Virus record (IMG/VR): IMGVR_UViG_3300043773_000401
Coordinates: 50,818-114,817 of that record
Length of the DNA: 64,000 nt
Source: a virus
Direction: 5' to 3' (one strand)
Notes under the pieces: model-generated
Databases searched by the model: none
The model's input: the letters and a program-made list of their open reading frames with translations, nothing else
What the model was told of the DNA's origin: nothing
Part shown: in pieces, positions 32,234 through 41,724 of the stretch
Position numbering within the stretch: position 1 is the first letter of the stretch
How the letters are laid out: each line of letters begins with the position of its first letter
Made by a program: the position numbers and the translations under genes

Positions 32234-32910
32234 TATCTAAGAACATTTTGTTTGTCATCTGCGGCCATGTCTACAGGTACCTGCATATTAATAGACATAT
32301 CTTTTACCACCATTTGTTCAATCTCAGCAAGTAAGAAGTCTGGTATTTGTAAAGCCTGGCTTTGACGAATAGCACACTTCTGCTCCTCAGTTGTACACTG
32401 ATAAATAGATATATCATCTTCAAAGATACCTTCAATACTAAGTGCATCCCAATCTACATTTGGTACATATATATAATCATTAATATACCAATAATATTTC
32501 TTTTTATCATACTTAGCACCTGATGTATTTCTAGATGCTTGAAAAATAGCAGGTTGTGTAATGTATACATTCTCAGATCCATCTATAGAACTGATTGTTC
32601 TAAACAATGGACCAAAAGGACCTTCCATAATCCTAGGAAGCTTATCTTTAGTTCTCTTAAATGTAACATTAGATTTTACTCCAGCACAACATGCTTCTAC
32701 TCTATCTACATCTATAAGTTCTACACAAGGTAAAGTTTTAAAGAAGCTCTGAAACTTTAAGATCTGGTTTAAAGAATCTTGTCTCTTAATAAGTAGTTTA
32801 CCATACTTAATTATCTCACTGTAGATAAATCTATCTGTAAGAAATGGATCTTCCTTTACAGCTTTAAGAATGTTTCTAACACGTGATATTGCTTCTCCTA
32901 TTGTTGTCAT
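32233..32910 (-). CDS. Tail ring protein (crAss-like)
   Basis: 225 aa; FKRTKDKLP, YYWYINDYIY, IEGIFED; conserved position between the IHF-like gene and Ttub. Confidence 0.6.
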   Translation of the reverse strand: MTTIGEAISRVRNILKAVKEDPFLTDRFIYSEIIKYGKLLIKRQDSLNQILKFQSFFKTLPCVELIDVDRVEACCAGVKSNVTFKRTKDKLPRIMEGPFGPLFRTISSIDGSENVYITQPAIFQASRNTSGAKYDKKKYYWYINDYIYVPNVDWDALSIEGIFEDDISIYQCTTEEQKCAIRQSQALQIPDFLLAEIEQMVVKDMSINMQVPVDMAADDKQNVLR

Positions 32911-33476
32911 ATTTCAAATTCATTATAGTCTTCTAAGGATTGATTTTCTCTTCTTTCCTTTAGAATACTTTTGGTGTATAAGTTAGATATAGTTCTGTAA
33001 TTATCCACTACTACATATTTTTCCCAGTTTTCTTTAAATGCTCTTGAGACAGATCTCTTAAACTCCCTTGTTCCTTTGAATCCCCAGATTTCCCGATTCT
33101 CAAGTTTATATTTAGGGCTATAGTTAGTATAGATAATCTTAGAGATATTTCCATCAGTTTCCCAGTTTTTAGCTAATATACGTTTACCATACTTGATAGA
33201 TTTTGTAACATCTACAATATCTCTGCTTATCTTATGTCTACCTATAAATATGTATCCTAACCCCTCTGGTAACTCTATTCCATCTCTATTCTCTATTACC
33301 TGCTCCCACATATAAGTAGAAAACTTCTTCACTATATTAGAGAATTCTTTATTGCTTAGGTCTTTATATTTAGGATTCTTTTTTATGAATGCTTTATGTG
33401 CATCATCATTAAGTAGGTATTTAACCTTTTTCCTAAATCTAGGTCCCTTCACATCTGGTTTATTAAACTCTGCCAT
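32907..33476 (-). CDS. IHF/HU-like protein (crAss IHF-like gene of the tail module)
   Basis: Basic 189-aa protein; GIELPEGLGYIFI and F...REFKRSVS; typical position. Confidence 0.6.
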   Translation of the reverse strand: MAEFNKPDVKGPRFRKKVKYLLNDDAHKAFIKKNPKYKDLSNKEFSNIVKKFSTYMWEQVIENRDGIELPEGLGYIFIGRHKISRDIVDVTKSIKYGKRILAKNWETDGNISKIIYTNYSPKYKLENREIWGFKGTREFKRSVSRAFKENWEKYVVVDNYRTISNLYTKSILKERRENQSLEDYNEFEI

Positions 33477-33483
33477 AGATATA

Positions 33484-33515
33484 CTAATTTACAAATTTTT
33501 TTCAAAGAATAAAAA
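33484..33515 (-). promoter_or_regulatory. Putative promoter TTTT-N20-TAAATTAG
   Basis: Near match to the repeated intergenic motif; lies immediately after a terminator. Confidence 0.5.
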
Positions 33516-33542
33516 TAATTCTTTTACTAGTAACTACCAAAT

Positions 33543-33575
33543 AAAAAGACCCAGGGATTAGCCTGGGCCTCTTTT
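33543..33575 (-). terminator. Intrinsic terminator
   Basis: AAAAGAGGCCCAGG-CTAATC-CCTGGGTCTTTTT hairpin with U-tract. Confidence 0.8.
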
Positions 33576-33612
33576 GTCAGTCAGGGAAACCAACAAACCA
33601 TGACTTATTATT

Positions 33613-34800
33613 TTAGATACAATCTGCTTCAGTTAATGTAAGATTAGCATTAAATCCTGGAGCAGTTGCAAATGATCCCTCTTGTATCTGGAATGTACCT
33701 AAGTTTACTCCACCTGGGTTAAGAGCAATAGGTCCTGCTACATATATAACATTTTTAGTTAAATAGTCAGTGTAATAGTAGTATGGTAATACAGTTCCTA
33801 AGTCTCCAGTTACAATAGCCGTAACTCTTTTACAGTTACAACATGTTCCTATAGGAGTAACATTATAAGCAGGGTCCAATACTGGTGCTCCAGTGCTTTC
33901 ACAGAAGATAACTGGTACAGCAATTTCACCTTCTACATTCTGTACTGCTCCACATGAAGGAGAAGCAAATGTAGGACATGGATCCATTGCTACTACAATA
34001 GCTCCTTGTACTTCTGGAGTACCTCCTACAAACTGTGCTTGTACTGGACCAGAACATCCTGTACCTAATGTACCTACAGTAATAGTTTCTACTTGATAGT
34101 TTATATTAAATGTTGCTCCAGTTCCACCTGCTGGTGCTACTGTTGATGCTACATTTGTTGTACCTGGTAAGGTTGTATATGATCCATTATTAAGTACTGT
34201 AAATGTTTGAATGCTTCCACCACCATCTACTGTATCTACTCTAATAGTTATAGGTGTTCCTGCTCCACCAGTAATTGTTATTACATTTAATGGAGAGTAT
34301 CCTGTACTTACATTAGGAAATGAAGATTGTACATTAAATGCTTCCATTGTAGTAACTGTTGCTGCTGAAGAAACAGAACAAGGACCTCCTGTAAATGTTA
34401 TAGTAGGAAAAGATAAATAAGCTTCTCCTGCAGAGTCAAGAGCTATACTTGCTACATCTGTAGTAATACATTCTACTTCATAACTTAAACATGTAGGTAC
34501 TTGAGTAAATGATACTGTAAAAGGTGTTCTAGCATCTAGTGAATCAATAGTTTCACAGATAGGTTGAACATATCCTTCATATTCATAAGGTCCGCAATCA
34601 GATACTACTGGAGTAGTTACTTGATTAGCTGTACCAAAACAATAATCTGCAGGTACTGAAAAATCAATAGTAAATGTCTGTGGTCCAATTGCAGCTACTG
34701 TATCTAGTAAACAACAATAGTTAGTTGTTCCTACTTGACGGTAGCAGATTCGGTGGTTACCACCATAGTTTGCTGTGTAATTAATTGTAATTGTGCTCAT
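33613..34800 (-). CDS. Putative fibre/decoration protein, Gly/Thr/Cys-rich beta protein
   Basis: Likely start MSTITINY at 34800, just after the upstream stop and preceded by AAACCAA. Has G.xY..P.ITF.GG-type repeats. Confidence 0.5.
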   Translation of the reverse strand: MSTITINYTANYGGNHRICYRQVGTTNYCCLLDTVAAIGPQTFTIDFSVPADYCFGTANQVTTPVVSDCGPYEYEGYVQPICETIDSLDARTPFTVSFTQVPTCLSYEVECITTDVASIALDSAGEAYLSFPTITFTGGPCSVSSAATVTTMEAFNVQSSFPNVSTGYSPLNVITITGGAGTPITIRVDTVDGGGSIQTFTVLNNGSYTTLPGTTNVASTVAPAGGTGATFNINYQVETITVGTLGTGCSGPVQAQFVGGTPEVQGAIVVAMDPCPTFASPSCGAVQNVEGEIAVPVIFCESTGAPVLDPAYNVTPIGTCCNCKRVTAIVTGDLGTVLPYYYYTDYLTKNVIYVAGPIALNPGGVNLGTFQIQEGSFATAPGFNANLTLTEADCI

Positions 34801-34802
34801 AT

Positions 34803-35348
34803 TTATGCTTTGGTTTTTATACTTAAGGTTACTGAATAACAAATACTAGGAGGAGAAATACAGTTTGATGCTACTCTAACTAAGTAAGTTGTGTTAGGTG
34901 TTAAGTTAGGAATAGTAGCAATTGTATTAGTTTGATTAGGAAATGTAGACCAAGTTGGTGCACTAGGTAGTTTATATTCTAATGTATATGAGTTTGCACC
35001 TGAAGATGCCCAACCCATTGTTATATACGTTTGTCCTATCTCAGAAGGAAATAAGTTAAATGTAGATTTACAATTACCTGTAGCACAAGCTGTATTAGTT
35101 AAATAAATAGTCAACATTTGAATCATTGACTGCATACTCATATCAGCTGTAAAAGGTAGATCTGTAATAACAGCATCTTGATAAGTAATACATCTAGAGT
35201 TAAATATCTCATCACATACTGGTGGTTCTGGACAATCTCCAGGAGGACAAGTATATGTTGGTATAGTAGTAAGAGCAGTATCTTTACATCCACATCTTCC
35301 TGTTTGTGGACTTGTTGACTGACTGCATGTTTTACAATAGTGTGCCAT
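34803..35348 (-). CDS. Cys-rich structural protein with a C-terminal fibronectin type III domain
   Basis: ITMGW...YTLEYK...W...LTPNTTYLVRVASNC is an FN3 signature; 12 Cys. Confidence 0.7.
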   Translation of the reverse strand: MAHYCKTCSQSTSPQTGRCGCKDTALTTIPTYTCPPGDCPEPPVCDEIFNSRCITYQDAVITDLPFTADMSMQSMIQMLTIYLTNTACATGNCKSTFNLFPSEIGQTYITMGWASSGANSYTLEYKLPSAPTWSTFPNQTNTIATIPNLTPNTTYLVRVASNCISPPSICYSVTLSIKTKA

Positions 35349-35350
35349 AA

Positions 35351-36274
35351 TTAGTATGATGCTGATGCGTTAAACATTGTAGGAGCTGGACATGATGCTG
35401 CAGAACAACAATCTTGAAGATTACTTACAGCAGCTCTAAGATCACAGATAGTAATCCACATATTAGTAATACTATCTGCAAGTGTATTATAATTAGCATC
35501 TGGTACCCATCCTGCTAAACTTCCCATATTAGTTGCTGGGAAAGCAAGTGATGGACTAGCTGCTAAGTTAGGACACTGATATCCAATAGCTGTTAATATT
35601 TCTGTAGGACCACCTGTAGCATTTTGTAATGCACAGAAAGCAGTTTCTAAGTTAGTAAGTACTGTTTGTATTAACCATCCATTAGGAGGATTAGTTCCTA
35701 ATAAACAACTATTTAAGATATAAATTTGTTGTGGTGTAGGAGGATTGCAACAGTTAGCTTCTATATAACTTATTCTTGTTTCGTGATTAGCAAGAGTAAT
35801 ATTAATAGTTTGAATCTCACTTACTAATGTACATACCTTAGTAGCTATTGCTTTAACATAATCTGTTAATTGCATTGTAGTAACCAGGTCTCCTGTTTGA
35901 TTTACATATTGAAAACATGGAGCTATGTTAATAAAGCAATTAGTGGGACAATCAGAGTTAAAACTTTTAGGATCTACCTGACTAGGGGTAGTAGTACCTT
36001 CACAACAATCACAATACTTATTAATAAGTAATTGTATAAGATCATGAATATTTTGAGGAGCAGGACATATTGTAGATAAACAGTTAAGGTCAAATGTAGA
36101 TACATCTAATTGACCTAATAGATCACATAATTCCTGGGCTAATTTAGCTACCACATCTGATACAGAATCTCCCTTACATAATTGAATGCATGGGATATCT
36201 GGTCCTTGCCAAACTACACAGTTTGAGGATAGTGGCACACAGCCTTCTTGATTGTCTTTATTTGTTGGTATCAT
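35351..36274 (-). CDS. Cys-rich putative fibre/structural protein with a trimeric coiled coil
   Basis: 23 Cys in 307 aa; IQTINITLANHETRISYIE heptads. Confidence 0.5.
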   Translation of the reverse strand: MIPTNKDNQEGCVPLSSNCVVWQGPDIPCIQLCKGDSVSDVVAKLAQELCDLLGQLDVSTFDLNCLSTICPAPQNIHDLIQLLINKYCDCCEGTTTPSQVDPKSFNSDCPTNCFINIAPCFQYVNQTGDLVTTMQLTDYVKAIATKVCTLVSEIQTINITLANHETRISYIEANCCNPPTPQQIYILNSCLLGTNPPNGWLIQTVLTNLETAFCALQNATGGPTEILTAIGYQCPNLAASPSLAFPATNMGSLAGWVPDANYNTLADSITNMWITICDLRAAVSNLQDCCSAASCPAPTMFNASASY

Positions 36275-36280
36275 ACCTTT

Positions 36281-36312
36281 TTAATATACAAAAATTATTT
36301 AACTAAATCAAA
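36281..36312 (-). promoter_or_regulatory. Putative promoter TTTG-N20-TATATTAA
   Basis: Bacteroidota-like -33/-7 geometry in a short intergenic gap. Confidence 0.6.
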
Positions 36313-36313
36313 T

Positions 36314-36763
36314 TCATATTTCACCATAAGATGCAAATGTTGTTACTAAAGTAGCTGGTTCACAAAGTAAAGGTGTTGGTGTAGGATATACACATACAGG
36401 TTCTGCCTCTGTAGATACTGTAACAGGAACACATAGTGTTGGATCAAATAACATTGATAAATCAGATAGCTGTTTCTTAATCCATATCTTATCAAAGTTT
36501 ACTGGACAAGAAGCTTCTATACCATATCTTAATTGTTTTACTTGTTCATAGTATGCATTACCAAACTTTACATTAGCTTCTATATCACATCTAGATCTTG
36601 TAATTCTATAAAACTCTTTACTATACTTAGGTATAGATCTAATAGGTGGTGGAGCTGGAACAGGTTCTGGTTCTACACAACACTCACATAGGTCTATTAA
36701 CCAACCATCAGCTTGTGGTGGAGGACATGTACATTCTTCTATTAACCAGCCTATAAAATTCAT
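36314..36763 (-). CDS. Cys/Pro-rich hypothetical structural protein
   Basis: 149 aa; located in the tail/fibre cluster. Confidence 0.5.
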   Translation of the reverse strand: MNFIGWLIEECTCPPPQADGWLIDLCECCVEPEPVPAPPPIRSIPKYSKEFYRITRSRCDIEANVKFGNAYYEQVKQLRYGIEASCPVNFDKIWIKKQLSDLSMLFDPTLCVPVTVSTEAEPVCVYPTPTPLLCEPATLVTTFASYGEI

Positions 36764-36767
36764 AATA

Positions 36768-38090
36768 TTATGGTATTACTTCTTCACAAATTGCTTCCAT
36801 ATCACAGTCTTGTATAATTTCTTCTATAGTCCAACATATAGATGGAAGATAATCAGAAACTGCTAAACAAGGTGATACAGAGTTACCTCCACTCCAATTA
36901 ATTGTAACACTAGCACCTACACCATAAGATGATAATAATGTATTTGTACCAACATTATATATATCTTTTATAATTACTTCTCTAGTGCCATTACACTCTT
37001 TAAGTCTAACACATAAAGTGTTTTCATACTCTGTCCATACTGCATAAAATTCAGGTTCAGGTACTTCAGGATCAGCTATTTGCGGAGCATCAGCAATTGC
37101 AGTAGGTGCAAGATTTGCAGGAAATGTTAAAGGAATATCTGATGTATTTTGTGTAGTTATACTATAGTGTAATCCTGGAGGTGTACCATTAAAGTTAGTA
37201 CATAAGAATCCTAAAAATTCAGTAACTGGTGATGGAGTAGATGTAACTATTTTATAGAAATGAGCACCTCTTACATTATCAGGACTAAAGAGAACAGTAG
37301 GTGATGCAATACCCCATGTAGTTCCATATGTTTCTGAAAATAAAATACCACCATTTAAGTCTGTTGCCCAGAAGTTACTGTCACCAAACCAAGTTAAATG
37401 TTCTCCAATTCTTATTCCATAGTCATGTCTAGTTAAGAAATTAACTCCTGAATCTAATGATTGAGCTATACCTTGATCAGCAAGTACAGTAATTCTATAA
37501 CTACCAGATCCTTGTTGTGCTATATGAATACCTTTTATTAATACACAGTTTTGTCCATTAATAGCAATAGGTAAATCAAAGTTTGTAGATATCCATGTAT
37601 TTGTACTATCAGTAGTATAATATACTTTATTACCTATAGCCACAACTCCAAGATTAGGAGTAGGAAAATGTACTGCCATTGCTGGAGATTGAGTAGAAGC
37701 AGTAGATGGTAATGTCCTACTTTCAAATGTAGCACCTCCATTTATAGATCTTAAAATTACCGGATTACCTGTAACTTCATCTTGACCTACTGCATATACA
37801 AATGTTGCACTCTGTACCCATACTTCATAGATTACTGTTGGTATACTACCAGGTCCTACAATATTAGAAGGTGTCCATGTTGATCCTCCATTAGAACTAA
37901 ACCAAACAGATGCAGTTCCAGGAGTAGTATGTCTACCTACTGCAATTACTCTTATAGAGTTACCTGGAAATGCCATAATATCATATAGAGTATCTACATT
38001 TGCTATACTGGCATTAGACCAGGTAGAAGTACTATGATCATACTTTCTAGCATATCCGTAATTTCCACAGTAGTATGTTAATGTTGCCAT
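36768..38090 (-). CDS. Asp-box/BNR beta-propeller protein (Ycf48/sialidase-like fold), putative tail appendage
   Basis: Repeats SSNGGSTW, SINGGATF, TTDSTNTW, SLDSGVNF, SETYGTTW. Confidence 0.7.
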   Translation of the reverse strand: MATLTYYCGNYGYARKYDHSTSTWSNASIANVDTLYDIMAFPGNSIRVIAVGRHTTPGTASVWFSSNGGSTWTPSNIVGPGSIPTVIYEVWVQSATFVYAVGQDEVTGNPVILRSINGGATFESRTLPSTASTQSPAMAVHFPTPNLGVVAIGNKVYYTTDSTNTWISTNFDLPIAINGQNCVLIKGIHIAQQGSGSYRITVLADQGIAQSLDSGVNFLTRHDYGIRIGEHLTWFGDSNFWATDLNGGILFSETYGTTWGIASPTVLFSPDNVRGAHFYKIVTSTPSPVTEFLGFLCTNFNGTPPGLHYSITTQNTSDIPLTFPANLAPTAIADAPQIADPEVPEPEFYAVWTEYENTLCVRLKECNGTREVIIKDIYNVGTNTLLSSYGVGASVTINWSGGNSVSPCLAVSDYLPSICWTIEEIIQDCDMEAICEEVIP

Positions 38091-38275
38091 TACTTTTTAT
38101 AATTTATTGAATTAATTGTAGCTGCTAAATGAGTATTACTAGGTTTTGCTGTTGGTAAGTTTGCTGCTGTTCTATTATAAGATGCAACACAATTACTACA
38201 TACTATTTTACCATCTGCTGCTGTTCTCTTTTGGCATCCACAACTTAATTGAGATTTACAATTTACACATGTCAT
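38090..38275 (-). CDS. Small Cys-rich (zinc-finger-like) protein
   Basis: CxxC-x5-CGC-x11-CxxC in 61 aa. Confidence 0.6.
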   Translation of the reverse strand: MTCVNCKSQLSCGCQKRTAADGKIVCSNCVASYNRTAANLPTAKPSNTHLAATINSINYKK

Positions 38276-38297
38276 ATTCTTTGGTTTTTATTTGTTA

Positions 38298-38858
38298 CTA
38301 ACATAAGTCATTGCATCCACATCCACAAGCTAGTTTCTTAAGTTTTTTGTAAACATAGTTGTACATATCCATACCTTTAGTAGGATGATGACAATATTCT
38401 ACTTCTACTTTAGCAGCTTGTAATTGTGTTTGCAGTAATTGAAGCTCTCTAACCTTATCTTTAATAGGTTTTTGAGGTTCACATGCAGCTAAGTCCATAC
38501 AGCAAAGTATCTGATTAATCAGATTTAAAGCATTAGTAATCCTAAGATGATTATATTCTACATACACATATTCATTAGGAGATACAGAATATCTTACTAC
38601 ATATACACCATCTGGTAGATCTTGAATAATCTGACCACAGTTATATATCTGTAATCCCATATCACATGCTGTAATATTCTCAGTAAAGTTCTCAGTTAGA
38701 TCTGGTACTTCATAAGATTGATAGAATCCAGGAGGTGTTATCTGTAATTTAGGACATTCTACTGGAACATCTTCACTGTATATACTAGTGTCTATAACTC
38801 TTATAATACACTTATTTAAAGTATCAGGAATTTCTAAGCTTAATGTATGCTTTGCCAT
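38298..38858 (-). CDS. Putative tail hub/structural protein
   Basis: LPDGVYVVRYSVSP; C-terminal CGCGC; structural context. Confidence 0.5.
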   Translation of the reverse strand: MAKHTLSLEIPDTLNKCIIRVIDTSIYSEDVPVECPKLQITPPGFYQSYEVPDLTENFTENITACDMGLQIYNCGQIIQDLPDGVYVVRYSVSPNEYVYVEYNHLRITNALNLINQILCCMDLAACEPQKPIKDKVRELQLLQTQLQAAKVEVEYCHHPTKGMDMYNYVYKKLKKLACGCGCNDLC

Positions 38859-38862
38859 AGTA

Positions 38863-38894
38863 CTAATTTACATATAATAATTGAAAAAGAAAAA
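38863..38894 (-). promoter_or_regulatory. Putative promoter TTTT-N20-TAAATTAG
   Basis: Same -7 box as at 33484; overlaps the terminator U-tract. Confidence 0.5.
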
Positions 38895-38925
38895 GGGAGA
38901 GGAGAGATTTTACTCCCACTCTCCC
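38883..38925 (-). terminator. Intrinsic terminator
   Basis: GGGAGAGTGGGAG-TAAAAT-CTCTCCTCTCCC followed by TTTTTCTTTTT. Confidence 0.75.
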
Positions 38926-38954
38926 AATTTTCTATAAGTTATACTAGTGTGAGA

Positions 38955-40343
38955 TTATGCTAATACTCCAGGAATGATTGCTACACCACGGCAGTCAAAA
39001 CATCCTACATACTCAACACCTTTGCAAGGACCATTACATGCAGCTAACCAAGCATCCATGAATGTTTCAAATGCTGTAGCTCCAGGAGCAATGTTTAATC
39101 CACCAGCAAAGTTAGATAAGTTAGGAACAACAATCTCTAACAAGTACTGATCATTATCAAATACTCCAGTTGGGTTATTGAAACGAGGTACATTGTGCTG
39201 TACATAGAAACGGCTATAGAAAGCATTTCTGTTAGGTATAGCTAAGTTAAAGTCATAACCTTGAGTTACTTCACGGATACGAAGATCAGAGTTAGTAGCA
39301 AAGTAGTTCTGCTGATAAGACTCAGATAAAATTAAACTCTTAAGAGCTGTATCACCAAATCCAGTACCTTGACGTGGAGCACATTCTTCTACTACACAGA
39401 TACCTGTAAATAAACAAGGATCTCCAGTGTAATCTACTTCAGAAGGAAGAATCTTAACTAATTCTTTTTCATAGAAGTCATTAGGATAGAATGTACAGTT
39501 TCCAAATACTGTATCTACATAAGCTCCAGTAAATGTCATACCAGCACATTCTCCTTCGAATGGACCAGCAGGAGATACGTAAAGATCCCAAGCTAAAGTA
39601 CCAGCAGCAACTGCAGCATTATAAGTATCAATTGTATAAGATGGACCTACAGGAGCACCAGTTGTATCATAAATACGGATAGCAATGAATGGAGCAATCA
39701 ACGGACTGTTGAAGAATTGCTTAGCCCATCCAATGTAAACTAATGTAGGATCTACTGCTACAGGAGCTGTATCATCAACACAACATCCAGTGTAGTAATC
39801 TGCAGTATAGTATGAGTTACGAGTTAAGAAACGTAATGCTGGAGATCCTTTGATGTCAAGACGTAAATAGTAAGTCTCATCACACAAGAAATCTTTGCAA
39901 CATCCTGTATTCTCAACAGTGTAAGGTGTAGAACCTACGTGCACAATATTCTGAATAGGAGCACAAGGGTCAACACGGTAAGCACGTGATACATACTTAG
40001 CATTGATTACTTTAGATTTAGTAGTCTCTTTATAACCACCAGCAAAAGGTCCAATCTTGTCATTGTGAAAGATAGGAGAGCTAGCAATGATAATAGGACA
40101 ACAATCTTCTGGAGTAGATAAAGGTGCTAATGAAGTGTAAGTTTCTGAATTAAATACACCATAAACTCCATAAGGATTTGGATCAGGTACAGTGTTGTAA
40201 GTACCATTAGATAATTCTACGGTAGCAACACCTGAAGACAACAACATACCAGTATTATCAATACCAGCAACTGTTGGAGATGCAACTTGAGCAGGGTGCC
40301 CACCCAAGAAGACCTTGTTAAACGCATGATTAAAATAAGCCAT
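38955..40343 (-). CDS. Putative high-copy structural (auxiliary capsid/decoration) protein, 462 aa
   Basis: Has its own promoter and terminator, codon usage like the MCP gene, and a position matching the crAss structural gene after the ring protein. Confidence 0.55.
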   Translation of the reverse strand: MAYFNHAFNKVFLGGHPAQVASPTVAGIDNTGMLLSSGVATVELSNGTYNTVPDPNPYGVYGVFNSETYTSLAPLSTPEDCCPIIIASSPIFHNDKIGPFAGGYKETTKSKVINAKYVSRAYRVDPCAPIQNIVHVGSTPYTVENTGCCKDFLCDETYYLRLDIKGSPALRFLTRNSYYTADYYTGCCVDDTAPVAVDPTLVYIGWAKQFFNSPLIAPFIAIRIYDTTGAPVGPSYTIDTYNAAVAAGTLAWDLYVSPAGPFEGECAGMTFTGAYVDTVFGNCTFYPNDFYEKELVKILPSEVDYTGDPCLFTGICVVEECAPRQGTGFGDTALKSLILSESYQQNYFATNSDLRIREVTQGYDFNLAIPNRNAFYSRFYVQHNVPRFNNPTGVFDNDQYLLEIVVPNLSNFAGGLNIAPGATAFETFMDAWLAACNGPCKGVEYVGCFDCRGVAIIPGVLA

Positions 40344-40381
40344 TGTTTTTTGTTTTAAAAGTTATACAAATAAATAATAAT

Positions 40382-40413
40382 ATAATATAAGTAATAGTTT
40401 ACTAATATCCAAA
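40382..40413 (-). promoter_or_regulatory. Putative promoter TTTG-N20-TATATTAT
   Basis: Exact 20-nt spacer match. Confidence 0.6.
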
Positions 40414-40414
40414 T

Positions 40415-41008
40415 TTACCCCATCATTTCATCATCTAGCAGACGGAGAGCTATCTTGTCTGTACCAAATGCTTCTAGACGGTCCATCCAGTTTTGCATCT
40501 TGCCCATCTCTTCTACTTGTTCTTTAAGATAACCTAATGCTAGTTCATACATAATATGATCACCTCTCATTAAAGCTTTAGAAGCTAGATCTTTAATTTG
40601 AGAACTAATCTCAATCTCATGATCATATGACTTCTGAATAATCTCAGGTAATCCACCTGGATAGTTTTGTTCTGGTTGATCAAGTACAGGAGTTAATGGT
40701 TGTAAACCAAATGATAAGACATACTTACGTGCTATATCAGCATGACCCATTTCTTCTGCAGAATATCCATTCCATTGTTTAGCAGCACCTAGATAACCTT
40801 TGTCATCTAACCACATTGCCATAGACTTATATATTCTAGCAGAATATTCTTCCTGTTGTATACGGTAGTTAAGATAATCTAAACCTTCTTGTGAGATTAA
40901 AGGATTGTCTGTCTTAAGTGGAGGAGCTCCTTTTAAACCTGAAACACCAACTACTTTTGGTGCTGAGCTTGCATCTCCTGTTCTTTTAAGCATTCTATTG
41001 TTTTCCAT
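40415..41008 (-). CDS. ftnA: Non-haem ferritin (FtnA-like) with an N-terminal extension
   Basis: LNYRIQQEEYSARIYKSMAMW...EEMGHA...HEIEIS...EQVEE: ferroxidase ligands appear intact. Confidence 0.88.
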   Translation of the reverse strand: MENNRMLKRTGDASSAPKVVGVSGLKGAPPLKTDNPLISQEGLDYLNYRIQQEEYSARIYKSMAMWLDDKGYLGAAKQWNGYSAEEMGHADIARKYVLSFGLQPLTPVLDQPEQNYPGGLPEIIQKSYDHEIEISSQIKDLASKALMRGDHIMYELALGYLKEQVEEMGKMQNWMDRLEAFGTDKIALRLLDDEMMG

Positions 41009-41019
41009 TTATATAAAAA

Positions 41020-41724
41020 TTAATTGTTCTGTTCTCCTGATTGAGCATTAATCTGTACTTGAGCAATAGATTCTATATCACCTGCTATAATAGCACAAGC
41101 CTCATCAATAAGAACTTCAGTAATGTCATCCTTGAATTCACATTCTACATTAGTAGTACTAATTAGACCTGTGTATGGATCAACACAACCTTCAATCTGT
41201 ATATTGATAGGCTTTCTATAGAAGTATAAATCTATATTTTCTAGATCAAACTCATTGTTTGTATATATCCTAAGTTTATTATTAATAAGGGTCATAAAAG
41301 TTTCTCCCCATTCAAAACTAGGTTTCTTAAGATAATCTCTAAGTAAGTTAGGTACGTTAGCTTCTTCTGCTAAATATACTACCATTTCTTTGTTAGTACA
41401 GCATTCTGAAAAAGCTGATAGATGAACTCTCTTAAACTCCATATAGTTTTCTGGAAGATCCAGAGTAGTTTCATAATAACCATCAAACTTACTTAGATCT
41501 AGGGTAGACTTATTTAACAATATCTGTAAGTCATCTACTCTTCTCTTAGATTGTTCATCTCCTTGTTTAAGAATATTAGTACCAACAAGCTGTCTACGGC
41601 ACCATTGAATCATGCCTTTATTGAATGCTTCTATTATTTGCCAACATTCAATATTGTCATAATCCTGGCTATCTAACTTGTTTAGCCTTTGCTTAACCTT
41701 TATTTGGAGTGTTGAATTTAACAT
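41020..41724 (-). CDS. Head-tail ring/adaptor protein (crAss-like)
   Basis: RLNKLDSQ...QSKRRVDDLQIL, LPENYM, YFYRKP, CEF...EVLIDEA pattern. Confidence 0.65.
   Translation of the reverse strand: MLNSTLQIKVKQRLNKLDSQDYDNIECWQIIEAFNKGMIQWCRRQLVGTNILKQGDEQSKRRVDDLQILLNKSTLDLSKFDGYYETTLDLPENYMEFKRVHLSAFSECCTNKEMVVYLAEEANVPNLLRDYLKKPSFEWGETFMTLINNKLRIYTNNEFDLENIDLYFYRKPINIQIEGCVDPYTGLISTTNVECEFKDDITEVLIDEACAIIAGDIESIAQVQINAQSGEQNN

Noticed and set aside
36763-36770. Readthrough fusion of the 440-aa and 149-aa genes
   Set aside because: The next ATG is 4 nt after the TAA, in a different frame, with no obvious slippery site.
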